In this document: piece after piece, positions 28,040 through 38,670 of the stretch | Position numbering within the stretch: position 1 is the first letter of the stretch | How the letters are laid out: every line of letters begins with the position of its first letter | From: an uncultured Deferribacteres bacterium | Lineage (GTDB): Bacteria > Zhuqueibacterota > Zhuqueibacteria > Zhuqueibacterales > Geothermadaptataceae | Assembly: GCA_964014485.1 (NCBI GenBank) | Contig: CAXHAT010000001.1 | Location: 1 to 64,000 of the forward strand | Direction of reading: 5' to 3' | DNA length: 64,000 nt | Notes under the pieces: generated by a model | What the model saw: only the letters and a program-made list of their open reading frames with translations | What the model was told of the DNA's origin: nothing | Database searches by the model: none | Translations under genes and position numbers: made by a program

Positions 28040-30277
28040 TTAGTCATTAGAAACGACTTGCATCATCTCTTGAATCGTCTCAAAATACGGCTTGATCATC
28101 TTGTTTAAGCCAAGATCGATCCCATGATCAATTTTGAGCGAATCGCCGCCGACTTCTCCAATCACGGAAAGTGGGACATTGTGTTTTGAGGTCAATTCTT
28201 GGAGTGCGCTTTGATTTTCCGGCGCGATGGAGAGCACGATGAGCGATTGCGTCTCGGCAAACAAGCCGAAATCCGGGCGCTGGAATTCGGAGAGTTGGAC
28301 GTTTGCGCCGAGGGGGTTTTCGCGATTCATGATGCAGCATTCCGCCAACGCCACGGCCAGACCGCCGTCGGAAACGTCGTGGGCGGATTGCACGATTCCC
28401 GCCTGAATCGCCTCCAGACAAGCGTTTTGCACGGCGATTTCTTTTTCGAGATCGAGCGCCGGGCAGTCCCCGGCGGTTTTGCCGTGAATGTGTGCGAGGT
28501 ATTCGCTAGCGCCAACGTCTTCGGACGGTTCGCCGAGCAGGACGATTAAATCTCCCTCGTTTTTGAACCACGCCGTCGTTGCGTGGTCAATGCTTTCGAG
28601 TACGCCCAACATGCCGATGGTCGGCGTGGGGAAAACCGCACCTTTGGGATTTTCATTGTAAAAGCTCACGTTGCCGCCGGTGACCGGGGTTTTCAGCGCG
28701 CGGCACGCTTCGCCCATGCCCGCGATCACTTCTTTGAATTGCCAGTAAATTTCCGGCTTGTACGGATTGCCAAAATTCAAACAATTGGTGATCGCGACAG
28801 GCTTGCCGCCGGAACAAACGACGTTGCGCGCCGATTCCGCCACGGCAATCGCCGCCCCGCGTCGGGGGTTGAGCCAGACGTAACGCCCGTTGCAATCCGT
28901 CGCCATCGCCAGTCCTTTTTGCGTGCCTTTGATCCGAACCACCGCGCCATCCGCGCCGGGTGCGACGACGGTGTTGCCGCGCACGGAATGATCGTACTGA
29001 TGAAACACCCAATTTTTGTTGGTGATATTCGGAGCAGCGAGCAAGGAGAGCAAGGTTTCCGACAAATTCTCTGGCTGGGGCAGCGTCGCAGAGTCAAAGT
29101 CTCGGACGCGATCCAGATACGTCGGGCGGCTTGCTTCACGCACATATTGCGGCGCGCCTCCGCCCAACGCAAGCGCGTCAGCAGGAACGTCGGCAACGGT
29201 TTCGCCATGCCAATTTACACGCAGGCGGTCGTTTTTTTCATCGACGCAGCCAATATCTTCAGCGTGCAAATCCCATTTCTCGCAAATTTCTTCCACGCGC
29301 TTTTCCTGACCGTGTCGGACAACGGCAAGCATCCGTTCTTGCGATTCGGAAAGCATAATTTCGTAGGGCGTCATGCCTTTTTCACGCAACGGCGTTTTGT
29401 CGAGATCGATGACCATGCCCACGCCTCCGGCGGCGGACATTTCGCAGGTCGAGCACGTAATTCCGGCGGCGCCCATGTCCTGAATGCCGTAAAGCGTATC
29501 GTCCTTGATCATTTCGAGGGTGGCTTCGAGCAGAAGTTTTTCGGTGAACGGGTCGCCGACTTGCACTTGCGGGCGTTTTTCTTCCGAGCCTTCGTCCAAT
29601 TCATCGCTGGCGAACGTCGCGCCGTGAATGCCGTCGCGTCCGGTGGATGATCCGATGATGTAAACGCGTGCGCCGTCTCCCTTTGCGGCTGCTCGTGCAA
29701 TACCGTTGTGTTTGACAATTCCGACAGCCATGGCATTGACCAGCGGGTTTCCAGTGTAAGCGTCGTCAAAATAAACTTCCCCTCCGACCGTCGGCACGCC
29801 GAAACAGTTGCCGTAATCGCCAATGCCATGCACCACGCCGCGAAAAAGATAGCGAACATGCGGATCTTCCAGGCTGCCAAAACGCAGAGAGTTGAGCGCC
29901 GCTATTGGACGGGCGCCCATGGTAAAAATATCACGCAGAATGCCGCCGACGCCGGTGGCCGCGCCCTGGTACGGCTCGACCGCAGAAGGATGATTGTGGC
30001 TTTCAATTTTAAACGCAACCGCCAGTCCGTCGCCAATGTCGATCAATCCGGCGTTTTCTTCTCCTGCTTCAGCGAGCAAGCGTTCCCCTTCCCGGGGCAG
30101 CGTTTTAAGTTGCAGAATGCTGTTCTTGTAACTGCAATGCTCCGACCACATCACCGAGAAAATTCCGAGTTCGGTAAAATTAGGCGTGCGGCCAAGAATC
30201 TCGCAAATATTTTCAAATTCTTCTTCGTTCAGGCCATGCTCTTCGGCGAGCTTTAAGTCCACAACGGGTTCTTGCAT
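28040..30277 (-). CDS. purL: Phosphoribosylformylglycinamidine synthase subunit PurL
   Basis: [31 protein letters not shown] and GGNVSFYN motifs. Confidence 0.98.
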   Translation of the reverse strand: MQEPVVDLKLAEEHGLNEEEFENICEILGRTPNFTELGIFSVMWSEHCSYKNSILQLKTLPREGERLLAEAGEENAGLIDIGDGLAVAFKIESHNHPSAVEPYQGAATGVGGILRDIFTMGARPIAALNSLRFGSLEDPHVRYLFRGVVHGIGDYGNCFGVPTVGGEVYFDDAYTGNPLVNAMAVGIVKHNGIARAAAKGDGARVYIIGSSTGRDGIHGATFASDELDEGSEEKRPQVQVGDPFTEKLLLEATLEMIKDDTLYGIQDMGAAGITCSTCEMSAAGGVGMVIDLDKTPLREKGMTPYEIMLSESQERMLAVVRHGQEKRVEEICEKWDLHAEDIGCVDEKNDRLRVNWHGETVADVPADALALGGGAPQYVREASRPTYLDRVRDFDSATLPQPENLSETLLSLLAAPNITNKNWVFHQYDHSVRGNTVVAPGADGAVVRIKGTQKGLAMATDCNGRYVWLNPRRGAAIAVAESARNVVCSGGKPVAITNCLNFGNPYKPEIYWQFKEVIAGMGEACRALKTPVTGGNVSFYNENPKGAVFPTPTIGMLGVLESIDHATTAWFKNEGDLIVLLGEPSEDVGASEYLAHIHGKTAGDCPALDLEKEIAVQNACLEAIQAGIVQSAHDVSDGGLAVALAECCIMNRENPLGANVQLSEFQRPDFGLFAETQSLIVLSIAPENQSALQELTSKHNVPLSVIGEVGGDSLKIDHGIDLGLNKMIKPYFETIQEMMQVVSND

Positions 30278-30286
30278 TATCCTCTC

Positions 30287-31684
30287 TCAAAAAGTCACTT
30301 TAATTTCTTTTTTGCGCTCAAAATATTTTGCGCTTGAATATGTCGGCTTAACAATAAATTTCAATTTGTACCTGCCAGCCGTGAAATCGGGTTTATTCGC
30401 CAAATCTTCTTCTGCATAAAACCGTTCATTGGCGCGAAAAACAAACGGCGCCAGCGTGCCGTCGCCAACAATGATTTCCCGATTTTCGCCGGTGCTTCGC
30501 GAAGCTTCATTCAGCGGCCTGCCAATGAGATTGCCGGAACGGTCGCGAATTTCCAGCGTAACGACGGATTTTTCGGTTAAGAAATAGCGTACATCCATCA
30601 ACCCGTGCGCCGTTTTTTCGACGTTGATTCTCAGGACGTCCGAGCCGACCCAATAGTACTGCGCCGCCTCTTTTTCCGCGACCAAAACTTGACCGAACTG
30701 TTTGTTCATTGTAATGCCTCGCGGCTCGACAAACTCCTTGTCACCGCCGCCTTTCCGGCCAAATGTTGTGATATGATTGAGATTGCGGTCGAATTTATGA
30801 ATGCAGTGGTTGGAAAGATCGGTGATCCAAATATTGCTGTAATAATCGATGGCAATGTACTGCAAATTCGCATCGGGATAGCCAAATTCTCGCGCCTGTT
30901 TCGAGGCGACATGCTCCCCGCTGCGCAAAAACTTTTGCAAACGCTGACCGTCATGGTCGATCACCACGACAAAATCATCCTTCCAATAAGACCACCTGTC
31001 AGATCGCGCCGTCCCTGCGATTCCTCGCGGCGACCGGACTTTGCCGTCTTCATAGCCCTGTTCAGCAATGATTTGATTCAGCGTGTCGTCACGAAAAAAG
31101 AGAACGCGATGGCCGCCGGTATCGGAAACGTAAAGCGAGCTGTCCGCAGTCAGCGAAACGCCTTGCGGCCGGGACATGCCAGGGACGCGAATCTCACGCT
31201 CAAAATTCAATGCCTTTTCCGGATTGAACAATTTCACAATCCGGTCGTTGCCCGTATCAGCGACATACACGTCGCCCCAAGATGACGCTGTGATTCCGTA
31301 CGGACGGTTCAAGCGCTTGTCGCCGCGTTCGTTCAGGCCGTAAAAAGAAACCGTCGTCATGGACGTATTAAAAATCACGACGTTCTGGCCGGAGTTGACG
31401 CCATAGACGGTCAGCAAATCGTCATCGTCCGTCGTTTTGGGATCGTCCCAACTGGCCATGCGTACAGCTGCGATTCCTTGCGGGTTGCGCACTTTGACGC
31501 GATTCTGAACGTAAAGAAAAAGGTGGAATTTCGTCGCCTTGCGGATGGGCGCGTGGAGGCGGGTTGGGAAAACAAGCGTCGTAGGGTTATATTTTTCGCC
31601 TGATTTAAGTGAATCTCGGGTAAGAATGGCAATGAGCATAGGTATTATGTAATACCTAAAGACAAGGGCTCGCAACAATCGCAT
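30287..31684 (-). CDS. NHL-repeat beta-propeller protein with a C-terminal Ig-like domain
   Basis: Repeated P.GI...VYVADTGN.RI motifs. Confidence 0.85.
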   Translation of the reverse strand: MRLLRALVFRYYIIPMLIAILTRDSLKSGEKYNPTTLVFPTRLHAPIRKATKFHLFLYVQNRVKVRNPQGIAAVRMASWDDPKTTDDDDLLTVYGVNSGQNVVIFNTSMTTVSFYGLNERGDKRLNRPYGITASSWGDVYVADTGNDRIVKLFNPEKALNFEREIRVPGMSRPQGVSLTADSSLYVSDTGGHRVLFFRDDTLNQIIAEQGYEDGKVRSPRGIAGTARSDRWSYWKDDFVVVIDHDGQRLQKFLRSGEHVASKQAREFGYPDANLQYIAIDYYSNIWITDLSNHCIHKFDRNLNHITTFGRKGGGDKEFVEPRGITMNKQFGQVLVAEKEAAQYYWVGSDVLRINVEKTAHGLMDVRYFLTEKSVVTLEIRDRSGNLIGRPLNEASRSTGENREIIVGDGTLAPFVFRANERFYAEEDLANKPDFTAGRYKLKFIVKPTYSSAKYFERKKEIKVTF

Positions 31685-31693
31685 CAGAAGGGG

Positions 31694-31960
31694 CTATTTT
31701 TCATAATGATATCGGCATTGCTGAAAAACAATACAGTCCGACGTGATTGTATAGACCAGGCGGTGTTCTCTGTCGATTCTGCGGCTATAGCGATTTTGCG
31801 TCCCCTTGAGTTTTTCCGGCGCGCCGATTCCTTCAAACGGATTTTTCTGTATTGCTTTCATCAACTCTATAATTCGCTGGATTGTTCTTGGGTTTTGGCG
31901 GCTCCAGTGTTGGAGATCTTCTAAAAAATTCTGATCAAAAGCTGTTTTAAATTCCTTCAA
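31694..31960 (-). CDS. yoeB: Txe/YoeB family toxin
   Basis: PFEGIG.PE.LK..YSRRI..EHRLVY..CRYHY; TTG start overlapping the antitoxin. Confidence 0.93.
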   Translation of the reverse strand: MKEFKTAFDQNFLEDLQHWSRQNPRTIQRIIELMKAIQKNPFEGIGAPEKLKGTQNRYSRRIDREHRLVYTITSDCIVFQQCRYHYEK

Positions 31961-32234
31961 CGCCCAATTCCCCAATAACGTCGTCGATGGATTTTGTGAC
32001 GTAGTCTTTCCGGTCCGTGCGCTCAAAACTGTCCAAAAGTCTTTTGGCGTTTGCCGGTGAAGACATCAAATATGCCGTTTCCATCAAGCTCTTCAAGTCA
32101 TCTTCGGAAATAATTGCAGCGTTACTCACGGCATTGCGGCGCTTAATCACGACAATTTTACGATCCAAAGTGACTTCATTGAGAATCGATGGGAAATTTT
32201 TCCTGACTTCTGAGAGTGTTTTCGTTTCTGTCAT
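31947..32234 (-). CDS. yefM: Phd/YefM family antitoxin
   Basis: SEVRKN..I and SLMETAYL.SSPANA.RL motifs. Confidence 0.93.
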   Translation of the reverse strand: MTETKTLSEVRKNFPSILNEVTLDRKIVVIKRRNAVSNAAIISEDDLKSLMETAYLMSSPANAKRLLDSFERTDRKDYVTKSIDDVIGELGVEGI

Positions 32235-32263
32235 TTCTATTTTCCCTACTCAAGACATCGACA

Positions 32264-32282
32264 TGTACAGCAATATAGTACA
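32264..32282. promoter_or_regulatory. Putative YefM operator
   Basis: TGTACA-gcaatat-AGTACA; TGTACA cores are typical of yefM-yoeB operators. Confidence 0.55.
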
Positions 32283-32344
32283 CATCGCTTCGTTAAACCA
32301 GTAAAACTTTCTTTGACGGCCTTAAAATCAAGACGTCGCTGCTT

Positions 32345-33382
32345 CTATTTTCTCAGCAGGGTATACGTCCCGAACAAATCATTTTCTAAATTCATCAGTT
32401 TGTCCCAGCCGAAAGCTCGCGCCATTTTGTGGGCAAACTCGGTATCGTTTTCATCAAACGCAAGCACGGAAAAGCCGACCTTCTGGTACAGATCGCGCTC
32501 GAACGGAGAGCGTCCGTCCGCCCAGGGCTTGTATGGTTCATCCGGCTTACTCTCCGCCGGGTGTAAGTTGTAAATCATGAAAAAACCGCCGGAGTTGAGC
32601 ATTCGATAAACCGTTTTGACAAACGTCTCATCGTCAACGCCCAAATGCACCAGCCTTCGCGGATCGACTTCGCGCGCCGGGTGGATGTAGCCGCGCTTGA
32701 GCGTATTTTTTGAAATGAACAAATCGTAGCCATCACCCGCTTCATCTACGATTTTTTGTTCTTTCGGGAAAAAGCCGAAAAGCAGACGCAGCTTTCCCGC
32801 AGCGCCTTTTCCAGCCGACGATGCTCGCGAAATAATTCCTGTGTCTTCATCTCCGCTGTACAAAACTTTTAGCAGCGGGTCAACTTCTACGCCCGTCACA
32901 TCCGCGCCCAAACTTGCCAGCAGGCGTAGCTGCCCGATGGAGCCGTAGCCAAAATCAAGCACTCTTGCGCCGGCATTCAGTTCGAATCCCGCCTGCCCGA
33001 CAAGATCGAAGGCGTGAACGGAAGCGAGCGGCGTGCCGTACTTGGTGAAATAGTAAAACTGCTCGTCGTACTCTTTTCTTTCATATCCTTTTAACGCATC
33101 CGCATGGCGCGATTTTGCCTCTGTTTCGGAGATTGCGTCGCGCGTTTCGCGGTTATACCAAACGATGCGGGAACCAGAGATTGCAGGCAAATCATCCACA
33201 GCTTTTAAAAGCGATTGACCGAATGCGCTTTTGATCAACGGCGACAGGGCGGCGGCTTGTTGTCGCATTTTCTCCAAAGCGCCAACATTTTCTTGCGCGA
33301 GCAGACTATTTTGAAAAATGAGAAGGACTACAACAAGGGCCAGGCGGATTGTTTTTGGAGATTGCAAAGCAGGCTTTCGCAT
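32345..33382 (-). CDS. Class I SAM-methyltransferase-fold protein with a signal peptide
   Basis: VLDFGYGSIG, VTGVEVD and YDLF motifs; N-terminal hydrophobic leader. Confidence 0.75.
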   Translation of the reverse strand: MRKPALQSPKTIRLALVVVLLIFQNSLLAQENVGALEKMRQQAAALSPLIKSAFGQSLLKAVDDLPAISGSRIVWYNRETRDAISETEAKSRHADALKGYERKEYDEQFYYFTKYGTPLASVHAFDLVGQAGFELNAGARVLDFGYGSIGQLRLLASLGADVTGVEVDPLLKVLYSGDEDTGIISRASSAGKGAAGKLRLLFGFFPKEQKIVDEAGDGYDLFISKNTLKRGYIHPAREVDPRRLVHLGVDDETFVKTVYRMLNSGGFFMIYNLHPAESKPDEPYKPWADGRSPFERDLYQKVGFSVLAFDENDTEFAHKMARAFGWDKLMNLENDLFGTYTLLRK

Positions 33383-33461
33383 ATTTCGTCAAGGTTTAGG
33401 GGAGCGGACTTGAAGGTTTTCCGATTAGACGAAAATCAGCGAGAATCGTTGGAATCACAAT

Positions 33462-33501
33462 AAAAAAAGGCGGAACAACTGGCAAGCCAATCATTCCGCC
33501 T
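33462..33501 (-). terminator. Rho-independent terminator after the caspase gene
   Basis: aggcggaa...ttccgcct stem followed by T7 on the minus strand. Confidence 0.75.
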
Positions 33502-33589
33502 CACCCAATAACCAAAGGAGAAAATTTTATGTGGGTCAACCGAAGCTTTATGAGCAGGTACTGTACATGCAAAGCGCGCTTTTTGAGAA

Positions 33590-34834
33590 TTATCGTTTCA
33601 CAAAAATAAATTCTCCGCCTTCATCGCCCGTTTCCTGGATCACGCCATAAAGCGGTCTTTGCCGCATTGGGCTGTTGTTGGTGACCGGCGCTTTGATCGC
33701 ACTATAAAGCGCCCCGGCGTCAAAATAACGCGTTTCGTTTTCGAGCAAACGCTTGACGAGGTATTCTTTAAAAACCGAACGATCCGGCACTTCGGTGAAA
33801 TTGCCTGCTGTAATTGCCTTACGGCTTTTTTCCTTATAAGCTTCTTCAACCGCAACCGTAAAAGGATTCCGCGACGCGAAAAGGCTGCCGGAAAAACATG
33901 CGTCCGAGAGCAGCAAAATGTGCCGGGCCCCAATACCGCGAAAGGCGCGCTGAACGTCGCTGTTGGAAACCCAATTCGCGCGATTGCCTTTTTCAGCATC
34001 GGAAGGCAGCCAGTAGCCCTCGCGATAATCTTCGTCGAAATAACCGTGGCCTGCATAGAAAACGAGCAGATTGTCGGCGCTCGAAAGCGGATTTACGCCG
34101 GACGGCGCATACTCGGAAAGCGCTTTAATAAGTTGGGAGCGATCCGGGTTTTCGAGAATTTTAACCCGATCTTTTTCAAAAGTGTAGGCTTCGGAAAGGG
34201 CGTTTGCCACCTCATGCGCGTCCGCAACCGGATAGTCAAGATCAGAGATGCTGGGGTGCTGGTAATCGCCGACAGCGATGACCAAAGCCCAATATTGCGC
34301 ATCGTCCGGCGCATTCGGGCCGAGGCTGGCGATAGTCGCGGAAGAGCGGGAATCGCGAACCGTCTCAAAAACGGCGGAGGAGACTTCAAACGTTTCATTA
34401 ATCTTGTTGCCGGCGGCGTCGACGGCGACCATTTTAAGACGCAAAAGCTTACCCGCTTCCGGGGCTTTCACCTTCAAGCCAAAATTTTTGCGCGCCTTAT
34501 TCTTCCCGCGTAGTTTGATCGTGTGGCCGTTGATCATCAGGCTTTGAATCTCGCGGTCGTCTTCAATTCGACCAATCACAACCAACTCGCCGGTCTCTTC
34601 CGGAACGATGCTAAGTCCGCGAGTCTTGCCTGCGCCCCGAGTGGAAATTTCCGTCGGCTTGGTGATGACGATTTTCGGCGCGGTGACGTCCGGGCCTTTC
34701 ATGACAACGCCCAACGGACCTGCTTCGCTATAGCCGCGGGCGCGTTGACCTGTTGCTGAATTAGCTAAAACCAAAATCAAGCTGACAGCAAAAACAACGG
34801 ATTTCATCCTTGAAAAAAAGAGTTGCTGAAACAT
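33590..34834 (-). CDS. Exported caspase-like (peptidase C14) protease with an N-terminal Ig-like domain
   Basis: Signal peptide; ALVIAV.DY, FYAGHG (His) and SDACFSG (Cys) catalytic dyad intact. Confidence 0.9.
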   Translation of the reverse strand: MFQQLFFSRMKSVVFAVSLILVLANSATGQRARGYSEAGPLGVVMKGPDVTAPKIVITKPTEISTRGAGKTRGLSIVPEETGELVVIGRIEDDREIQSLMINGHTIKLRGKNKARKNFGLKVKAPEAGKLLRLKMVAVDAAGNKINETFEVSSAVFETVRDSRSSATIASLGPNAPDDAQYWALVIAVGDYQHPSISDLDYPVADAHEVANALSEAYTFEKDRVKILENPDRSQLIKALSEYAPSGVNPLSSADNLLVFYAGHGYFDEDYREGYWLPSDAEKGNRANWVSNSDVQRAFRGIGARHILLLSDACFSGSLFASRNPFTVAVEEAYKEKSRKAITAGNFTEVPDRSVFKEYLVKRLLENETRYFDAGALYSAIKAPVTNNSPMRQRPLYGVIQETGDEGGEFIFVKR

Positions 34835-34835
34835 C

Positions 34836-37800
34836 CTATTTCACCAATATCATTTTTTTTGTGAATACTGCATCGGCGCTGTTTAATCGATAGAAATAAA
34901 CGCCGCTGGCAAGCGGTCTTCCCGCCTTGTCGCGCCCGTCCCAGACAATCGTGTGATAGCCCGGTTCATATTCTTGACGGTCGATAAGCGTGAGAACTTG
35001 CTCGCCCAACGTATTATAGATCACAAGATGCACTTTTGCCGTTTTCGGCACGCCAAAGCGAATTGTGGTCGATGGATTGAACGGATTGGGGAAATTTTGT
35101 GAAAGTTCAAAATCTTGCGGCAGAAAACTTTCAGGGTCGAGCGTTTCTTCGAAAAATCCAGGCTCGCCGACCATCAATTTAAAGTTTTTTGGACGTTCAT
35201 TTTTCAACGCATTAAACGAAAATTCCGGCGAATTTCGAAGATCGTACAGCACGTCAACGTCTTCATCCAAAACAAAAATTTCATATTTTTCAGGAACGGG
35301 TTCCAGCCCCGAAAAACGCAAATCCACTTTGCCTTGAATGTTGCTCTTCACCTGAAATTCCCAGATTTCTCCCAAAGCGACCATCGGGCGAAAATCAGTC
35401 GCGTAATTTGTCGCACGCATTTCCCATTCCGGGCGCGGAAAGCGTACTGAGACATATTCGCCAATCACAGGCGGCTCCGGCTGATCGAAGGCGTCCCAAT
35501 CATAAAAAGCGTCAGCGCGAACGCCGGCGACGTTGTCTTCATCTCGCGCGTTCTGGCATCGAGCCAAAATACGAATTTCCCAGTCCGCATCGGCTGGCAC
35601 GGCGGGTTTCTCCAGCGTCAGCTCGTCGGCGGGTTGCGGGTTGACCCAAATCGTGTCGCCGGAAAAACTGTTGTGAAAAAAGGCGTAGCCCTGAAACGGC
35701 TCTATCGCGATGGTTTCGGAGCCGTCCCGCCAGAATTCCTCGAAATGGCGCAATTGAGGGATTGTCCCGTCGCCAAGCTGGAAATTGTTCCGTGAAAGTG
35801 AAAAATTGAAGGGGTTGCCGATAAAATTCCAGCCAGGAGACACCGGGATTGGAAACAATTCACGCAAGAGCTGGCTCATGCCGGAACCCGAACGCACCGT
35901 TTTGCCGGATTCGCGAACGATCAGCCAATACGCTTTTCCCGCCTGAATCGCAGCGACCGAATCATACTCAACATAATTTTGATTGGGAGCCAATTCGAAA
36001 AAGCGCCATTTTTTAATGTTGTATTTTCCCAAATCATCTTCGAGCATGGCGGCGGGCTGCTTGTTGTCAAGATCAAGAGGAACGGAAAACAAGCGATAGC
36101 CGGTTTGTTCGCTGCCGGCCGGTTGGGGGTTTTCGCTAAAAACGCCGTTGCCGGCAACTCTTACGCGAACGGCAAATGTGTCCGTCTGAGCAGTCGTTGC
36201 GTTTTGATCGGTGGCGCGGATAAAATATTCCAGCCCGCGCGAGGTCACCTCGCCGGCGGGGATCGTTGCCTGCCAATTGTCTTCGTTAATCATAGCGAGC
36301 AAGGTGTAATTCATATCGCCGCCGCGCCGGTAATGCAAAATACCGTCTGAAATCCCGGTATCGTCGATCAGCTTCGCGTCAACGGTTATACGTTCGCCTG
36401 CGTTACTCTCAAAAATCGCTTCATGCTCGATTTTTGGCGGCTCATTTGGCGCGACCGTCACGCGAAAATCGAACTCCCGCAGACCGTTTTTGCCGTCGTC
36501 CGCCCTCACGGTGATCATGGCCGTGCCAATCTCGCCGGAGGCAACGGTTAAGGTAGAGCCATACAAATTCACTTTGGCCACGGCATGGTTGGACGATTGC
36601 GCCGTGTAAGTCAAATCATCTTCATCAGGATCGTCAAAGACAACGGGCGGCTCGTCGAGATTCTTGGTGTAAGCGTTGCCGCCGGTTTTGATCAACTGAT
36701 CTTCGATAATTTGGCTGATTTGCGGCGGATTGTTGCCGCGTACTGCTTCGATATCAACGTTAAAGACAAGAGACGATTGCTCACCGCTTTCGTCCTCCGC
36801 CGTAACCGTGACTTGCGCGACTCCTTTGCCGATTGGAAATATGCGCAAAACAGCTTCCGAAAATCCGGCCTGAGCGATTTGTTCATCACTAGAAGATGCA
36901 GAATAGGTCAATAAATCGCCGTTCGGATCTTCGAAAATAACAGGCGTTGCCGTGAAATCCCGGCTAAACGGCTCGTCGCCGACAGCAATGACGATTGACG
37001 GCATTTCCGTTACATTTTTCGGCGGCAAATTACCCGTGGTTACGGTGACATTAAACTCGTCGGTCGCTTCGCCGCCTCGGTTATCGTCAGCAGTCACAAA
37101 AATCGTCGCACTTCCCATTCTCTTGGGCGTAATGTAAAGCACGCTTGCTTCGACCACGGCGCTCGCGATTGACGTATCACTTGACGACGCTCGAAAATCA
37201 AGCGCGTCTCCATCTAGATCAGTAAAAACGCCGCCCAAGGCTCTGTCTCGAACGCCCGCTTCAACAGTTAATTCCATGTCGGCAATCGCGCTTGCTACTG
37301 TTGGGCTGCTGTTTTGACCGACGACCGTAACGAAAAACGTCATCGCGACCGTTTCTCCCAGTTCGTCCTCTGCCGACAATGTTATTATCGCTCGTCCAAC
37401 CTTGAGCGCGTCAATGTTCAATTCTTTGCCCTTCATTTCAACTTCAACCGCCGCGCGATTGTCAGAGGTCGCCGCGTAAGTTAGATCATCCCCGTTGGGG
37501 TCGGTAAACGCTTCGGCGTCTTCAACATCGACGGACTTTTCTCCTCCGACGCGCATAATGTGGTTCCGGAGCTGCTTTTGTATTCTGGGCGCTTTGTTCG
37601 CCGGAGGATAAGGGTTGATTGGCGGCGGTTCTATTGGGAGAGGGCCTTCGGGATCAAACACGTCCTGAACGAACCTGAAAGTATCGGGATATTCTCCGCC
37701 CGGCAATCGCAAAACATATCTCACACGGGATGGAGCGTTATTCAAATCACCGCCTTCGATCATCGTGATTTCATCCGATGAAGGGCCAAAAGCGATGCGA

Positions 37801-38507
37801 TACATCAAACCATAATATGTCGGACCCTGGATTTCGAACTCTAACTTATAGTCCAGGCCTACAGTGTTCGTAAACGCCAGGTCGGGTTGCACACCGACGC
37901 TTCTTTCCCCTTGCGTTGCGCCCCACCAACCATCTGCCAGATAGAGGTAAACGCTGTCCGTAGCCGCATCGAATCCGTTAGCGACCGCAGGCGCCATATT
38001 GACGAAGATTGTTGCTGTGATTTTGTGATCGGCTGAAATGATTCCCACAAGAGGCAAGTCGTTAAAATAAACTTTCTGCGTTTCTACCTCGCTGCTCGCA
38101 CCAGCGTTGAATAAACGGTCGACGCCCCCGGTGGTCAACGGCGTTTCATAGAATAATTTGCTAAAAACGCCATTCGAATTTCTTCCAATATAGTAACGGT
38201 ACGAAATTTCCCTGGATTCGCCGAGGTCAATTTTTTCGTCTGTATGGTATAAGTCAGGGTCGTGTTTGTCGACCTGCATCACGGCGTCGTTCACCTTCGC
38301 CCCCCAATCGTTGAAAGGACTGTGAACCTGAACGGTGTCCCCCCGTTCTTCATTAAAAATGCCCAGAAATCGCAGCACGGGGATTTCTACGCTAAAGCCA
38401 ATGTTTTGTTTGACCTTAGCGTTTTGCGTATTCTGTGCAAAGAGTCCGCTTGCAAACATTGCAAACATCGTCGCAGAAGCGCAAAATGTATTTCGACAGA
38501 ACTTCAT
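34836..38507 (-). CDS. 1223-aa secreted protein with CBM20-like N-terminus, four cadherin/Ig-like repeats and an FlgD-Ig/T9SS-like tail
   Basis: Four N..P...F.D.D/NGD.LTY.A.SS...A.I.V.A.D repeats; LSQNFPNPFNPSTTIRF...ASGVYFYRL..KKMILVK. Confidence 0.88.
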   Translation of the reverse strand: MKFCRNTFCASATMFAMFASGLFAQNTQNAKVKQNIGFSVEIPVLRFLGIFNEERGDTVQVHSPFNDWGAKVNDAVMQVDKHDPDLYHTDEKIDLGESREISYRYYIGRNSNGVFSKLFYETPLTTGGVDRLFNAGASSEVETQKVYFNDLPLVGIISADHKITATIFVNMAPAVANGFDAATDSVYLYLADGWWGATQGERSVGVQPDLAFTNTVGLDYKLEFEIQGPTYYGLMYRIAFGPSSDEITMIEGGDLNNAPSRVRYVLRLPGGEYPDTFRFVQDVFDPEGPLPIEPPPINPYPPANKAPRIQKQLRNHIMRVGGEKSVDVEDAEAFTDPNGDDLTYAATSDNRAAVEVEMKGKELNIDALKVGRAIITLSAEDELGETVAMTFFVTVVGQNSSPTVASAIADMELTVEAGVRDRALGGVFTDLDGDALDFRASSSDTSIASAVVEASVLYITPKRMGSATIFVTADDNRGGEATDEFNVTVTTGNLPPKNVTEMPSIVIAVGDEPFSRDFTATPVIFEDPNGDLLTYSASSSDEQIAQAGFSEAVLRIFPIGKGVAQVTVTAEDESGEQSSLVFNVDIEAVRGNNPPQISQIIEDQLIKTGGNAYTKNLDEPPVVFDDPDEDDLTYTAQSSNHAVAKVNLYGSTLTVASGEIGTAMITVRADDGKNGLREFDFRVTVAPNEPPKIEHEAIFESNAGERITVDAKLIDDTGISDGILHYRRGGDMNYTLLAMINEDNWQATIPAGEVTSRGLEYFIRATDQNATTAQTDTFAVRVRVAGNGVFSENPQPAGSEQTGYRLFSVPLDLDNKQPAAMLEDDLGKYNIKKWRFFELAPNQNYVEYDSVAAIQAGKAYWLIVRESGKTVRSGSGMSQLLRELFPIPVSPGWNFIGNPFNFSLSRNNFQLGDGTIPQLRHFEEFWRDGSETIAIEPFQGYAFFHNSFSGDTIWVNPQPADELTLEKPAVPADADWEIRILARCQNARDEDNVAGVRADAFYDWDAFDQPEPPVIGEYVSVRFPRPEWEMRATNYATDFRPMVALGEIWEFQVKSNIQGKVDLRFSGLEPVPEKYEIFVLDEDVDVLYDLRNSPEFSFNALKNERPKNFKLMVGEPGFFEETLDPESFLPQDFELSQNFPNPFNPSTTIRFGVPKTAKVHLVIYNTLGEQVLTLIDRQEYEPGYHTIVWDGRDKAGRPLASGVYFYRLNSADAVFTKKMILVK

Positions 38508-38670
38508 GTCTCCCTCTTAAAAGCGTCCTTGCTTAAAAGCTCTCTTGCCCGTTAAAGTAACAACCACAATCTTTGGAAGGCGTTAACACGCTCTAACGCC
38601 GAATTCTACTCAGCACGCAAAAATCCTTTTCTGCGAGTGAGTAAATCTTGCAATTCTCCGCCGCTCGATC

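Noticed and set aside
28583..29650. Long antisense ORFs (e.g. opposite purL, caspase, proS)
   Set aside because: Shadow frames of well-supported genes with no recognisable motifs
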